From assembly GCF_026000115.1 (NCBI RefSeq), contig NZ_AP026867.1, positions 2,649,716 to 2,713,715 on the forward strand: DNA of 64,000 nt, read 5' to 3'. The stretch comes from Aureispira anguillae. Lineage in GTDB: Bacteria; Bacteroidota; Bacteroidia; Chitinophagales; Saprospiraceae. Shown here piece by piece: positions 1 to 9,751 of this stretch. Every line of letters starts with the position of its first letter. Position 1 is the stretch's first letter. The notes beneath the pieces were generated by a model, which worked only from the letters and a program-made list of their open reading frames with translations, was not told the DNA's origin and made no database searches. The position numbers and the translations under genes are program-made.

Positions 1-60
1 AATAGCCATAAAATTTATATTCCATTAGGGCAAGGTAGTCTAGCCATTGGTAATATAGGA

Positions 61-1128
61 ATGGACAAAAAAGACTTTGATGTTTTAGTCGATGAAAAAC
101 TAGCGATTAACTGGGATACTTTTAATACTCATTTTACAGGGCATGGTGAACAAAATAAGGATAAGTACCCTTATGGGGATTGGCCTCGTTTCTTTTATTA
201 TTCTGGGAATGACCTTGGTTTTATTAAATGGACGGCAAAAAGGAAAACAGAAAATTTTTCTTGGACACCTCAAAAATCAATTTCGGCAGATTTTACAAAA
301 GCCAACATAAGAAATTTAAGTATTCAGTCTAAAGATCTAAAGATTGGTTTAAAATTTGGGAAAAACATTGAAAATCTTTCCCTTTCTGGTAGCATTGAAA
401 AATTTGATATTCAGTCCAATGATGCTCTTACTTCATTAAGTATTTATCCTAACATTTCAAATGATAACGCCTATCTATTGCCAGAACTTAATGCCTTAAA
501 AGAAATCACAAGTTTAAGCGTATATGTAAATCCTTTAGAACAACCCTTTGACTGTAAGAGTCTATTGCAGTTTGATAACTTAACACATTTAAACCTCTCA
601 GGTAATTTTATCAATCTTGGTTGTTTAAAAAGTTTTAATAATTTACAGAGCTTGGCAATAAGGTATGCCCCCAATTTGGAAAACTTACCTGAACTGAAAA
701 GCTGGAAGCAGCTAACATCATTCATAGCTTGGAATATCGAAGAAACTAAAGGAAAACTTTTGCGGAGTGAACTGAGAAAGTTAGCTAAAGATAGAGAATT
801 AGAATATTCATCGGTAGCGCAATTAAGAAAAAAAATTTGGTTCACTACTGAATATGGAATCCCTTTCTCTAGCTGGACTGGTAAAGAAGCAAAATTAGCG
901 ATTAAGACTTATAAAGCTACAGTTAAAAAATTAAAAAAAGCTAAAACAGAACGTGATATAAAAAATTTATTAATTGAATTTACCAAGACTTTCAATGATT
1001 TTTCAAATATAGAAACGATAGAACGTGAAGATATTGGAGAAGCTGTAAATCAATTAAGGCAAGTGCCTATGTTAATAATTGACGCTGATAAGGCAAATAA
1101 ATGGTTTGATGAAGTTAGAGCTTATTAA
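61..1128 (+). CDS. Leucine-rich-repeat-like protein (hypothetical)
   Basis: 355 aa ORF with repeated LxxLxLxxN-type segments (NLSIQSKDLKIGL, NIENLSLSGSIEKFDI, LTHLNLSGNFINLGCL) typical of LRR proteins. No catalytic motif recognised. Confidence 0.5.
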   Translation: MDKKDFDVLVDEKLAINWDTFNTHFTGHGEQNKDKYPYGDWPRFFYYSGNDLGFIKWTAKRKTENFSWTPQKSISADFTKANIRNLSIQSKDLKIGLKFGKNIENLSLSGSIEKFDIQSNDALTSLSIYPNISNDNAYLLPELNALKEITSLSVYVNPLEQPFDCKSLLQFDNLTHLNLSGNFINLGCLKSFNNLQSLAIRYAPNLENLPELKSWKQLTSFIAWNIEETKGKLLRSELRKLAKDRELEYSSVAQLRKKIWFTTEYGIPFSSWTGKEAKLAIKTYKATVKKLKKAKTERDIKNLLIEFTKTFNDFSNIETIEREDIGEAVNQLRQVPMLIIDADKANKWFDEVRAY

Positions 1129-1300
1129 GTAAGTTAAAAGAAAAAAACTACTGCCAACATTTTCTTTTCACCAACAGTGGCATAGGCATATATCTCTATC
1201 GAATGCGAGACATTTAATTAGGGTTATTCTAACTTAACCTGAATTTATGCTAAAAATCCATCGTTTTAAAAAAAACAATTCATCCAAACGAAATAAAACA

Positions 1301-2194
1301 ATGAAAAACCCTTTTATTATTCTTTTAACGATCTCCCTATTCTCATGTCAAGAATTGCCAGAATCGTCAGAATCAAAAAATTTCACGTCCAACCTAGAAC
1401 TAGAGGAATTGTACAAATCCGACCAAGCGGATAGGCAAACTGCAAATATTGATTGGGCTATCGTATCAAAAAGAGATAAACAACGAGAAGCTAGAGTTTA
1501 CGAATTATTGGATTCAAACAAAGTGATCACTTCTGAAGATTTTGCAAATGCAGCAATGATTTTTCAACACGGAAGCGATACGATTGCTTCAGGAATGGCC
1601 GTAAAATTAATGCAAAAAGCGGTTGATCTAGATTCCACCAGAAGTAAATGGTTGTTGGCTGCAGCAATCGATAGAGATTTAATGCGAAGAGGCAAACCTC
1701 AGATATATGGGACGCAATACACTCGGAAGGGAGAAGGCGAACTTTGGCAAATTCATGATTTAGACACCACCAAAATCTCCGACAAAAAAAGGCGTGAATA
1801 TGGAGTAGAAACCTTATCTGAGCAAAAAGAAAAATTGCGAATGATGAACAAGAAAAAATTGAGTGCGCTTTTGGAATCAGGAAAGAGCATAGATGCTATC
1901 ATAGAATTTATAAAAGCATCTGATTTAATAAATTCAGCATATGATGTATCAGAAAGAGGGATTAATAGTTTTGGCTATCAATTACTTGGAAGCAATAAAA
2001 ATAAAGCGGCACTTAAAATTTTTAAGTTGAACACCGAACTGTACCCAGAAGGGTTTAACACTTACGATAGTTATGGGGAGTGCTTATTAAAAATGGGAAA
2101 AATTGATGAAGGGATCAAAGCCTATAAAAAATCTCTTGAACTTAATCCAAATAATGCTGGTGCAAAGAAAGCCTTAGAAAAATTGCAATTTTAA
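1301..2194 (+). CDS. Lipoprotein with C-terminal TPR repeats
   Basis: Start trimmed to the internal ATG at 1301, giving the lipobox-like signal MKNPFIILLTISLFSCQ. The C-terminus has TPR-like helices (YPEGFNTYDSYGECLLKMGKIDEGIKAYKKSLELNPNNAGAKKALEKL). Confidence 0.55.
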   Translation: MKNPFIILLTISLFSCQELPESSESKNFTSNLELEELYKSDQADRQTANIDWAIVSKRDKQREARVYELLDSNKVITSEDFANAAMIFQHGSDTIASGMAVKLMQKAVDLDSTRSKWLLAAAIDRDLMRRGKPQIYGTQYTRKGEGELWQIHDLDTTKISDKKRREYGVETLSEQKEKLRMMNKKKLSALLESGKSIDAIIEFIKASDLINSAYDVSERGINSFGYQLLGSNKNKAALKIFKLNTELYPEGFNTYDSYGECLLKMGKIDEGIKAYKKSLELNPNNAGAKKALEKLQF

Positions 2195-2314
2195 TTTTTT
2201 GTTAGTAAGTAGATGGACAAAATTTACAATTTCATTTTCAGATTAGTTACATTTAACTCCTATACAGTACAGAGCCCATATATCTATAAACAGCAAAAAA
2301 TCAATCGTTAAGAA

Positions 2315-2881
2315 ATGGATAGTTATTGCCCTAGCAGCAAAAAAGATTGGAGAAATTGGCTTAAAAAAAACCATTTAATCGAGGATTCAATATGGTTAAT
2401 AATTCATAAAAAAGGTTCTCCAACCCCCAATCTAAATTGGAGTGAAGCCGTTGATGAAGCGCTTTGTTTTGGGTGGATAGATAGTACCAAAAAGACCATT
2501 GATAAAGAGAAGTATAAGCAATATTTTAGCAAGAGAAGACCCAAAAGTACTTGGTCTAAGGTGAATAAGGATAAAGTGAAAACCTTAATTGAACAAGACC
2601 TTATGCATGAAGAGGGCTACAAAAGCATTAAAATTGCAAAAGAAAATGGTTCTTGGACAATGTTAGATCAAGTTGAAGCACTTGTCATCCCTGAAGATTT
2701 AAAAGAAGAATTTGCAAAGCACAAAGGCTCCATCGAATATTTTGAGTCTCTAAGCAAGTCTGCTAAAAAGATTTTATTGTACTGGGTCATTTCTGCCAAA
2801 AGAACGGAGACTAGGCAAAAGAGAATTTTAGAAATTGCAGTAAATGCAAGTAAAAATTTAAAACCCAAACAATTTAGATAA
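2315..2881 (+). CDS. YdeI/OmpD-associated (DUF1801-like) family protein
   Basis: 188 aa. The N-terminus DWRNWLKKNH...IWLIIHKKGSPTPNLNWSEAVDEALCFGWIDSTKK is characteristic of the YdeI/bacteriocin-protection family. Confidence 0.6.
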   Translation: MDSYCPSSKKDWRNWLKKNHLIEDSIWLIIHKKGSPTPNLNWSEAVDEALCFGWIDSTKKTIDKEKYKQYFSKRRPKSTWSKVNKDKVKTLIEQDLMHEEGYKSIKIAKENGSWTMLDQVEALVIPEDLKEEFAKHKGSIEYFESLSKSAKKILLYWVISAKRTETRQKRILEIAVNASKNLKPKQFR

Positions 2882-2943
2882 AAAAGCTAATAACGGACAA
2901 AGCATAGAATAGCCATCCCTAGCAAAACTAATCCATCATACAG

Positions 2944-3438
2944 ATGAAAATTAGAAAATACTTTTGTAACTGTTTCCTCCTTTTAATTCCACTTTTCTTA
3001 TGGAATATCATACTCGTTGGTTATTTACCGAAAGCTTACAGTCCTGATATTTTTTGGAAAGACATCCCCAATTGGATTGGTTATAGTGAAAATATCTTGA
3101 GGCTTCTTGTATTTGTTGTTCCTGCATTAATGATTTTTTCATTAAAAACACGATTGCAAAAAATAGGATTCGGGATTTATTGGGTTGGAATGGTTATCTA
3201 TTTTTTATCTTGGATTAGCGTAATTCTCTACCCTCAATCAGATTGGACTACAAGCCTAATCGGGTTTATGGCACCAGCCTACACAACAATAATTTTCTTT
3301 GTTGGAATTGGATTCATTGGCAACAAATCCTTTTTAAAATGCTCCAATATGTCACTAATTTATATCGTATTATCCACTCTGTTTGTAATCTTTCATTCTG
3401 CGCATGCCTATATTGTTTTTCAAAGTCTAAACAAGTAA
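2944..3438 (+). CDS. Hypothetical integral membrane protein
   Basis: 164 aa with four or five hydrophobic helices and no recognisable domain. Confidence 0.45.
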   Translation: MKIRKYFCNCFLLLIPLFLWNIILVGYLPKAYSPDIFWKDIPNWIGYSENILRLLVFVVPALMIFSLKTRLQKIGFGIYWVGMVIYFLSWISVILYPQSDWTTSLIGFMAPAYTTIIFFVGIGFIGNKSFLKCSNMSLIYIVLSTLFVIFHSAHAYIVFQSLNK

Positions 3439-3570
3439 AATGATAAGATATTTGAGTAAGTTTGCAATAATAGTACACCAATTTTTCAAATTTCCCCTAA
3501 TCTTTTCGATCAATCAAAGCTAAAAAGCAATCAGAAAATTTGTCAAAAAAAATATTTATTGCGGTAATAG

Positions 3571-3601
3571 TTGCCTAGGAAAATATTTTACTTTACATTT
3601 G
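3571..3601 (+). promoter_or_regulatory. Candidate Bacteroidota sigma-A promoter (TTG-N20-TAcaTTTG) for the MarR gene
   Basis: TTG at 3571-3573 and TACATTTG at 3594-3601 match the Bacteroidetes -33/-7 consensus TTG...TAnnTTTG. It lies about 20 bp upstream of the ATG at 3622 and overlaps the cctaggaaaata motif. Confidence 0.35.
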
Positions 3602-3621
3602 CATTATAACAATTCAATAGC

Positions 3622-4071
3622 ATGGCAACAATAGACGAATTAACAAAGACCAAATTTACAGATGATAGGCATCGTTTAGTAACGAACATCATGTATACCT
3701 CAAACTGGATAAAGAATTTATTTACCGAGTTACTAAAACCCTATGGTCTATCTGTACAACAGTTTAATATCCTTCGAATCCTTCGAGGGGCTAAGGACTG
3801 GGTTGCCATGAATGATGTTAAACGTTTAATGATAGAAAAGGCACCTAATGCCACCCGCCTTTCCGATAAATTGTTAGAAAAAAAGTTAATAGAAAGAAAA
3901 AGAAGTGAGCAAGATAGAAGAATGGTCTATCTGCGAATTTCTGATGCGGGATTAGCGGTATTAGAGCAGTTGGACTTAATTAAAGAAGGAGAACATATTG
4001 ATTTTATTGGACGTATTACAGAGGAAGAAGCAAAAGCCCTAAACCTTGTTATTGATAAATTGAGAGGGTAA
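3622..4071 (+). CDS. MarR-family transcriptional regulator
   Basis: 149 aa with a winged-HTH MarR signature (LSVQQFNILRIL...ATRLSDKLLEKKLIERKRSEQDRRMVYLRISDAGLAV). Confidence 0.8.
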   Translation: MATIDELTKTKFTDDRHRLVTNIMYTSNWIKNLFTELLKPYGLSVQQFNILRILRGAKDWVAMNDVKRLMIEKAPNATRLSDKLLEKKLIERKRSEQDRRMVYLRISDAGLAVLEQLDLIKEGEHIDFIGRITEEEAKALNLVIDKLRG

Positions 4072-4090
4072 AAAATTTTTAATAAATATT

Positions 4091-4115
4091 TACCTAGGAA
4101 AATAAACCCTAGGTA
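4091..4115. promoter_or_regulatory. Inverted repeat TACCTAGG-N9-CCTAGGTA between MarR and DoxX genes (candidate MarR operator)
   Basis: A perfect 8-bp inverted repeat. The 12-mer cctaggaaaata (4093-4104) is also present at 3574-3585, overlapping the putative marR promoter. Confidence 0.3.
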
Positions 4116-4151
4116 ATAAAATCAAATTTATAATAAATAAAATTCAATACA

Positions 4152-4517
4152 ATGAAAAACAAGAACTTAATAATTTATAGAGTTGTTACTGGCTTATTAT
4201 CACTATTAATGCTTTTTAGTGCTGGGATGTATATCGCTCAGTATGAAATGATCAGCAAAGTATTTTTACAATTAGGGTATCCAACCCATATTATTTATCC
4301 ATTAGCAATTGCAAAAATACTGGGGCTTGTAGCGATTTGGACCAATAAATCAAAAATGTTAAAAGAATGGGCTTATGCTGGATTCGTATTTGATTTAATT
4401 TTAGCGATAATGGCACATGTAAGTATCAATGATGGCGAATATATGGGAGCAGTAATTGGGCTTGTGTTGGTTTCTCTTTCTTACTATTATAATGGAAAAA
4501 CAACTCAGGAAGAATAA
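4152..4517 (+). CDS. DoxX-family membrane protein
   Basis: 121 aa with four TM helices and DoxX-like N-terminus (LIIYRVVTGLLSLLMLFSAGMY). It is the canonical MarR-DoxX gene pair. Confidence 0.6.
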   Translation: MKNKNLIIYRVVTGLLSLLMLFSAGMYIAQYEMISKVFLQLGYPTHIIYPLAIAKILGLVAIWTNKSKMLKEWAYAGFVFDLILAIMAHVSINDGEYMGAVIGLVLVSLSYYYNGKTTQEE

Positions 4518-4722
4518 ACAAAACGCCCCTATGCTTCGTTGAGTATAGGGGTACCTACCAATCGCCTAATTGAAGCATTGTCTAAAGACTAAAACCACCA
4601 CAGCTAAAACTAATTTTTAGTTCTTTAACATTGAAATTGTTTAAAAATGTACTCCCAACCATGTACATTTCTCATTTTTGCAATGGAACTTTTATGCCCC
4701 CAAAAAAGTTAACAGAGAGTAA

Positions 4723-7700
4723 TTGAAAAATAACGAATATAAAAAAATGAAAAACAAAATCAATAGTATTTTTCTAGGGCTGTTAGTAATCGTAATGAGT
4801 ACCTCCTTACAAGCCCAATTTCCCCAAATAGGAATGGATATAGATGGTGAAGCTCTTGGTGATTGGGCTGGCTGGTCTGTAAGTTTAAGCTCAGATGGAA
4901 GTACATTCGCAATAGGAGCACCTAATAATGATGGAAATGGGTTCAATGCAGGACATGTCCAAGTGTATGGCTTGATCGGTAATACATGGGTGCAAATGGG
5001 GAATGATATAGAAGGTGAAGCTGTTGGCGACTGGCTTGGTAAGTCTGTCAGTTTGAGTTCGGATGGAACCGTTCTGGCTGTTGGAGGAGATGGAAATGAT
5101 GCCAATGGTGCCAATGCAGGTTATGTTCGTCTTTACGAATGGACAGGCAATGCTTGGGTACAGTTAGGAAACGATATAGATGGCGAAGCTGCTGGCGACT
5201 TATCGGGTTATTCAGTAAGTTTAAGTGCCGATGGAACTATTGTTGCTATTGGAGCCTATAAAAATGACGGAGCGGGTTCAGATGCAGGGCATGTTCGTCT
5301 TTATCAATGGACAGGCAGTGCTTGGGTTCAATTGGGAAATGACATTGATGGTCAGAGTGGCAATGATTATTTTGGTCATTCAGTAAGTTTAAGTGCTGAT
5401 GGAACTGTTGTTGCTATTGGGGCTTACAGAGGTGGGAATTTTGTAGGTGGAGGTGAAGTAATCGTATATGAATGGACGGGCACTATTTGGAATCAAAAAG
5501 GATACAATATTTTTGGAGAATCTGGCTGGGATTGGTCAGGTTTCTCAGTAAGCTTAAATGCAGACGGAACTGTTGTTGCTATTGGTGCGCCTAAAAATAC
5601 AGGGAATGGTCCAGATGCAGGGCATGTACGTATATACGAATGGGCAGGGACTAGTTGGGTACAGAGAGGAAATGATATTGATGGAGTTGGTGCTGACTTT
5701 TCGGGCATTTCAGCAAGCTTAAGTGCCGATGGAACCCTCCTTGCTGTTGGAGCTCATAAAAACAATTCAGATGCAGGGCTTGTCCGCCTTTATCAATGGA
5801 CAGGGAGTGCTTGGATACAAATCGGAAATGGCATAGCAGGTGAAGCTGTTGGCGATTTTTCTGGTAGAGCAATTAGTTTGAGTGCCGATGGGAGTGCTTT
5901 GGCTGTTGGAGCGTTCTATAATGATGTCAATGGTATGAATTCAGGGCATGCAAGAATTTATAGAATTGGTGGACTAACTGGAATTGCCTACAAAGATTAC
6001 AACCAAAACTGCCAGAAGGACAGCAACGAAATCAGCAATCTCCCCAATCAAACTTTTATCATTCAACCAGGCAATATTACTCCACAAACAGACGAAAATG
6101 GTTTATGGTTTGTAACCCATAGCCTCACTCCAGGAATCTATACCATTACCGCAGATACTACTCAAAGCAACTGGCAAGTAACGTGTCCCGCTACGCAGAC
6201 CTTTGTGGTTAACAATCTAGATAGTTTCACGGTTGCGCCTTCTTTTGGTTTTATTTCCAATACCCCTTGCCCCGCTCCTACTATTTCTATCCATGCTCCT
6301 TTTTTAAGACCTGGCTTTTCAGATCAAAAAGTTTATATCAAAGCGTGTAATGACTACGCTGGCTCTGATAAAATAGACAGTGTTTATGTAATTGTTGAAC
6401 TAGATTCTCTACTTACAGTAAATAGCGCTTCTTTAGCGTATACTTCACTAGGGGCTAATCGGTATCAAATCTATGTTGCAGACTCCCTTTATCCTGGGGA
6501 ATGCATTGATTTTTGGATGAGTACAACCCTTTCTACCCATGCTATATTGGGGCAAACCTTGTGCCTAAATGCAGAATTGTATCCTGTAGCTTCTTGTGCC
6601 TTGGATTCTATTCCCAATCCTTACCCTCTAGGTCAAGTAAGCCCTTGTCTTTCTTCTTGGGATCAATCGAGTTTGGACATTGAAGCAACTTGTTTGGGCG
6701 ATTCTGTCCGCTTTGTTGTTTATAACACAGGAGCCCCTAACCACGGTGATATGAATTGCTTTGCTCCTCTAAGAGTGTATTTAGATGGTTTGCTTATTTC
6801 ATTAGATTCAATACAGTTAGCAGGTGGAGATTCTGCGGTCTTTACATTTGAAGGGAATGGGCAAACATGGCGTTTAGAAACCAATCAACATCCTTTACAT
6901 CCTGGTAATTCTAATCCATCTGCTACTATTGAAAACTGTGGCACAGGAAACTGGACGCCAGGTCTAGTAAATAGTTTCCCACATGATGATGCAGATCCCT
7001 TTATTGATATCTTTTGTGGAGTGGTTCGAGGCAGCTATGACCCCAATGACAAAACTGGTTTTCCTTTAGGAGCAGGTGCAATGCATGACATTCTACCCAA
7101 TCAAAAAATAGAATATTTAATTCGATTTCAAAATACAGGAACAGACACAGCATTCAACATAAGAATTCTAGATACCCTCTCTACGGACTTTAATATTTTT
7201 TCTGTTCAATCAGGTGTATCCAGCCATGATTATACTTTTAAGATTCATGATTCAAGGGTGCTAGAATGGACTTTTATGAATATCATGTTGGCAGACAGTA
7301 ATACCAATGAACCTTTATCGCATGGTTTTATTACCTTTGAAGTGGAACAAAATCCTAATCTCCCCAATGGCACTTTATTGGAAAATAATGCTGGAATTTA
7401 TTTTGATTTTAATGCCCCCATTATTACCAACACAAGCCAGCATACTGTAAATGACAACATTATATTAATCACTAGTCGTCAAAAAATAGCCTTAGAAAAA
7501 GAACTAAACATTAAACTTTACCCCAATCCGACATCAGGTTTATTGCACATTGAGAAACAGAACAATGAAAAACTAGAAGTCATGATAATAAACCAATTGG
7601 GTAGCGTTCTGAAGCATAAAACGATTCTTAGACGAAATGACAGTATAGATTTGGAAGAATTACCGATTGGAATTTATTTTATAACGTTATCTAATGGAAA

Positions 7701-7734
7701 AAAATCGCTAACGGAAAAGGTTGTTAAACAATAA
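4723..7734 (+). CDS. T9SS-secreted surface protein with 8 FG-GAP beta-propeller repeats and C-terminal sorting domain
   Basis: Signal peptide, then eight repeats of about 60 aa (FGHSVSLSADGTVVAIGAY...GHVRLYQWTGSAWVQLGNDIDGE) with the FG...GAP integrin-alpha pattern. C-terminal LYPNPTSGLLHIE...IGIYFITLSNGK matches the Por/T9SS type-A CTD. Confidence 0.8.
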   Translation: MKNNEYKKMKNKINSIFLGLLVIVMSTSLQAQFPQIGMDIDGEALGDWAGWSVSLSSDGSTFAIGAPNNDGNGFNAGHVQVYGLIGNTWVQMGNDIEGEAVGDWLGKSVSLSSDGTVLAVGGDGNDANGANAGYVRLYEWTGNAWVQLGNDIDGEAAGDLSGYSVSLSADGTIVAIGAYKNDGAGSDAGHVRLYQWTGSAWVQLGNDIDGQSGNDYFGHSVSLSADGTVVAIGAYRGGNFVGGGEVIVYEWTGTIWNQKGYNIFGESGWDWSGFSVSLNADGTVVAIGAPKNTGNGPDAGHVRIYEWAGTSWVQRGNDIDGVGADFSGISASLSADGTLLAVGAHKNNSDAGLVRLYQWTGSAWIQIGNGIAGEAVGDFSGRAISLSADGSALAVGAFYNDVNGMNSGHARIYRIGGLTGIAYKDYNQNCQKDSNEISNLPNQTFIIQPGNITPQTDENGLWFVTHSLTPGIYTITADTTQSNWQVTCPATQTFVVNNLDSFTVAPSFGFISNTPCPAPTISIHAPFLRPGFSDQKVYIKACNDYAGSDKIDSVYVIVELDSLLTVNSASLAYTSLGANRYQIYVADSLYPGECIDFWMSTTLSTHAILGQTLCLNAELYPVASCALDSIPNPYPLGQVSPCLSSWDQSSLDIEATCLGDSVRFVVYNTGAPNHGDMNCFAPLRVYLDGLLISLDSIQLAGGDSAVFTFEGNGQTWRLETNQHPLHPGNSNPSATIENCGTGNWTPGLVNSFPHDDADPFIDIFCGVVRGSYDPNDKTGFPLGAGAMHDILPNQKIEYLIRFQNTGTDTAFNIRILDTLSTDFNIFSVQSGVSSHDYTFKIHDSRVLEWTFMNIMLADSNTNEPLSHGFITFEVEQNPNLPNGTLLENNAGIYFDFNAPIITNTSQHTVNDNIILITSRQKIALEKELNIKLYPNPTSGLLHIEKQNNEKLEVMIINQLGSVLKHKTILRRNDSIDLEELPIGIYFITLSNGKKSLTEKVVKQ

Positions 7735-7794
7735 CTTGAGTTTTTCAATCGTACGATCTTAATTTTTAAAATTCAGTAGGATTTTTTCTGTAGA

Positions 7795-8250
7795 ATGGCT
7801 TGGTTCAAAATTCCATTTACCCTCTATTTTGTTTCATTAATTATCAATCTTAAAATGTCCCCAACGCATATAATCATATTAGTTTTTGTAGGAATACTTG
7901 GGTTATTATTAATTGGTTTGGGGAATTTTATACTACAAAAAAAAGGGCTCAAAAACAAACTGCGGGGTTACTATAAGTACTCTACAATGTTTCTAATCGT
8001 AGTTACTGCCATTCTATTCTTATTAGAAAAAGCATCTAGAACTCGTTATGTTGATTTCAAATTAAATGACAACATTAAAATCGAGGTCGAAGCAGTTGAG
8101 AGAGAATCTTTTTTGGATAATCCTACTGATTTTACATTTTCTATATTAAATCTAAACACCAATAATGAGCTGACTTTTGATTATTTCACAAATAATTTAT
8201 ATCCCTTTAAGTTTTATATTAGAAGTTGTTTAAAAATGGAATTTTGTTGA
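7795..8250 (+). CDS. Hypothetical small membrane protein
   Basis: 151 aa with two or three TM helices and no domain. Start uncertain. Confidence 0.35.
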   Translation: MAWFKIPFTLYFVSLIINLKMSPTHIIILVFVGILGLLLIGLGNFILQKKGLKNKLRGYYKYSTMFLIVVTAILFLLEKASRTRYVDFKLNDNIKIEVEAVERESFLDNPTDFTFSILNLNTNNELTFDYFTNNLYPFKFYIRSCLKMEFC

Positions 8251-8772
8251 TAATGAGTACTAATTTTTAGATAAACAAGGCAAAAATTTTCTTCATAGCA
8301 GCGCTATGGAGAAAATTTTTAACGCAGAGTAGCTAGAAATTAGCTTTCATTAGCGATGTAAGGCTATTCTTAAACAACTTCTTAACCAAAGAAAACAAAA
8401 ACCAACTATTTATTGCTCAAAAAGATGGCCCAATTGGTATGTATTGGATTATTAATCTAACAACCCTTAAACAGGAAAATAGAAATACTGAGTTTTTGGC
8501 AGAGACAAATTTTAAATTAATAGAAATAGCAACCTTAAGCACCTTCCATAAAATTGAATTAACGAAGTCAAAAAATTAAAATATTTGCTTTCAAAGCAAA
8601 GCCCTCTTCTCTCAGCTTGCACGATGAGTAGACCTAAGTTTGAATTAAATAAAAAACTTGGCTTTTCTAGGCTCCAAAATCTACGATTTTGATTAAGGAA
8701 CGGTTATATTTATATCCACATGGCGGCTATCACAGCCCCAACTTGCAACCAAAATCAAATCGTTAAAAAATT

Positions 8773-9666
8773 ATGCTTAAGTATTTACTATCGTTTCTCT
8801 TTATTACTATTAGTACATTCAGTACTCATGCTCAAAATAGTTCTGATACCATCCCTTTTGTCCTAACTCCTTTTAACAACATCTACATTCAGACAATTCT
8901 AAATAAAGTTGATACCCTTAACTTAATGTTTCATACGGGGGAACAGGGGGCTTCAATTACCGAAGAGGCACTAGACAAAATTCGTCAACCAGATTCCATA
9001 TCCAATTCTATTGCTAATAGCTGGGGTGGTAATGGCAATGCTAAATTCTTTGAAAACAACCAACTAAAAATTGGAAAAAGCACCTTTGATAGTCTCACTA
9101 TTTGGGTCAATAAGCGCTCAGGTCAATTGACTGATGGTAAATTTGGTCCCAAGCTTTTTCAAGGAAAAATCATCGAAATAAATTACGACGAAAAGCTTTT
9201 TATCGTTCATTCTAAATTTGATAAAAGGAAACAACAGGCATTTCAAAAATTAAAGCTTGTCCAAAACAATGATTTGCTCTTTATTAAAGGAAGGCTCAAA
9301 ATTGGAAAAATTAAACGCTCCCAAAAATTTATGCTTCATACGGGCTATGGGGGAAATATTTTACTGGATGATAAATTTGTACAAAAACATCAGCTTGGAG
9401 GCAAACTAGAAATACTCGGTGAAAGTGCTCTGACTGATTCATACGGGCATAAAATTATTACTAAAAAAGCACTACTCCCCTCTTTTACACTTGGAAAAAA
9501 CAAACTGGACGATTTGTCAATTAGCTTTTTTGAGGGAGCCATTGGCAGGCAAAAAATCAGCGTTTTAGGGAATGGTGTGCTAAAGAATTATAACACACTT
9601 CTAGATCTTGACAAAGGGGTCATCTACTTAAAGCCAATCCAAAAAAGAGCGGACTGCCACACATAA
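8773..9666 (+). CDS. Secreted two-domain protein, retropepsin-like fold suspected with HTG in place of DTG
   Basis: Signal peptide. Two internally similar halves carry NLMFHTGEQGASITEEA and FMLHTGYGGNILLDD, resembling clan-AA aspartic protease DTGA loops but with His. Confidence 0.45.
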   Translation: MLKYLLSFLFITISTFSTHAQNSSDTIPFVLTPFNNIYIQTILNKVDTLNLMFHTGEQGASITEEALDKIRQPDSISNSIANSWGGNGNAKFFENNQLKIGKSTFDSLTIWVNKRSGQLTDGKFGPKLFQGKIIEINYDEKLFIVHSKFDKRKQQAFQKLKLVQNNDLLFIKGRLKIGKIKRSQKFMLHTGYGGNILLDDKFVQKHQLGGKLEILGESALTDSYGHKIITKKALLPSFTLGKNKLDDLSISFFEGAIGRQKISVLGNGVLKNYNTLLDLDKGVIYLKPIQKRADCHT

Positions 9667-9751
9667 CATTATAGTATTGTACCAATCCTTCATTCCATTT
9701 TAACACCACGTTGCGTTTTATGTACGCAATATTAGCCACAAGCAAAAAATA

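Noticed and set aside
4692-5872. Antisense ORFs 4692-5114, 5493-5708 and 5651-5872 (Pro/Ser-rich translations)
   Set aside because: They lie entirely inside the FG-GAP repeat gene on the opposite strand. Their low-complexity translations come from the repetitive coding sequence.
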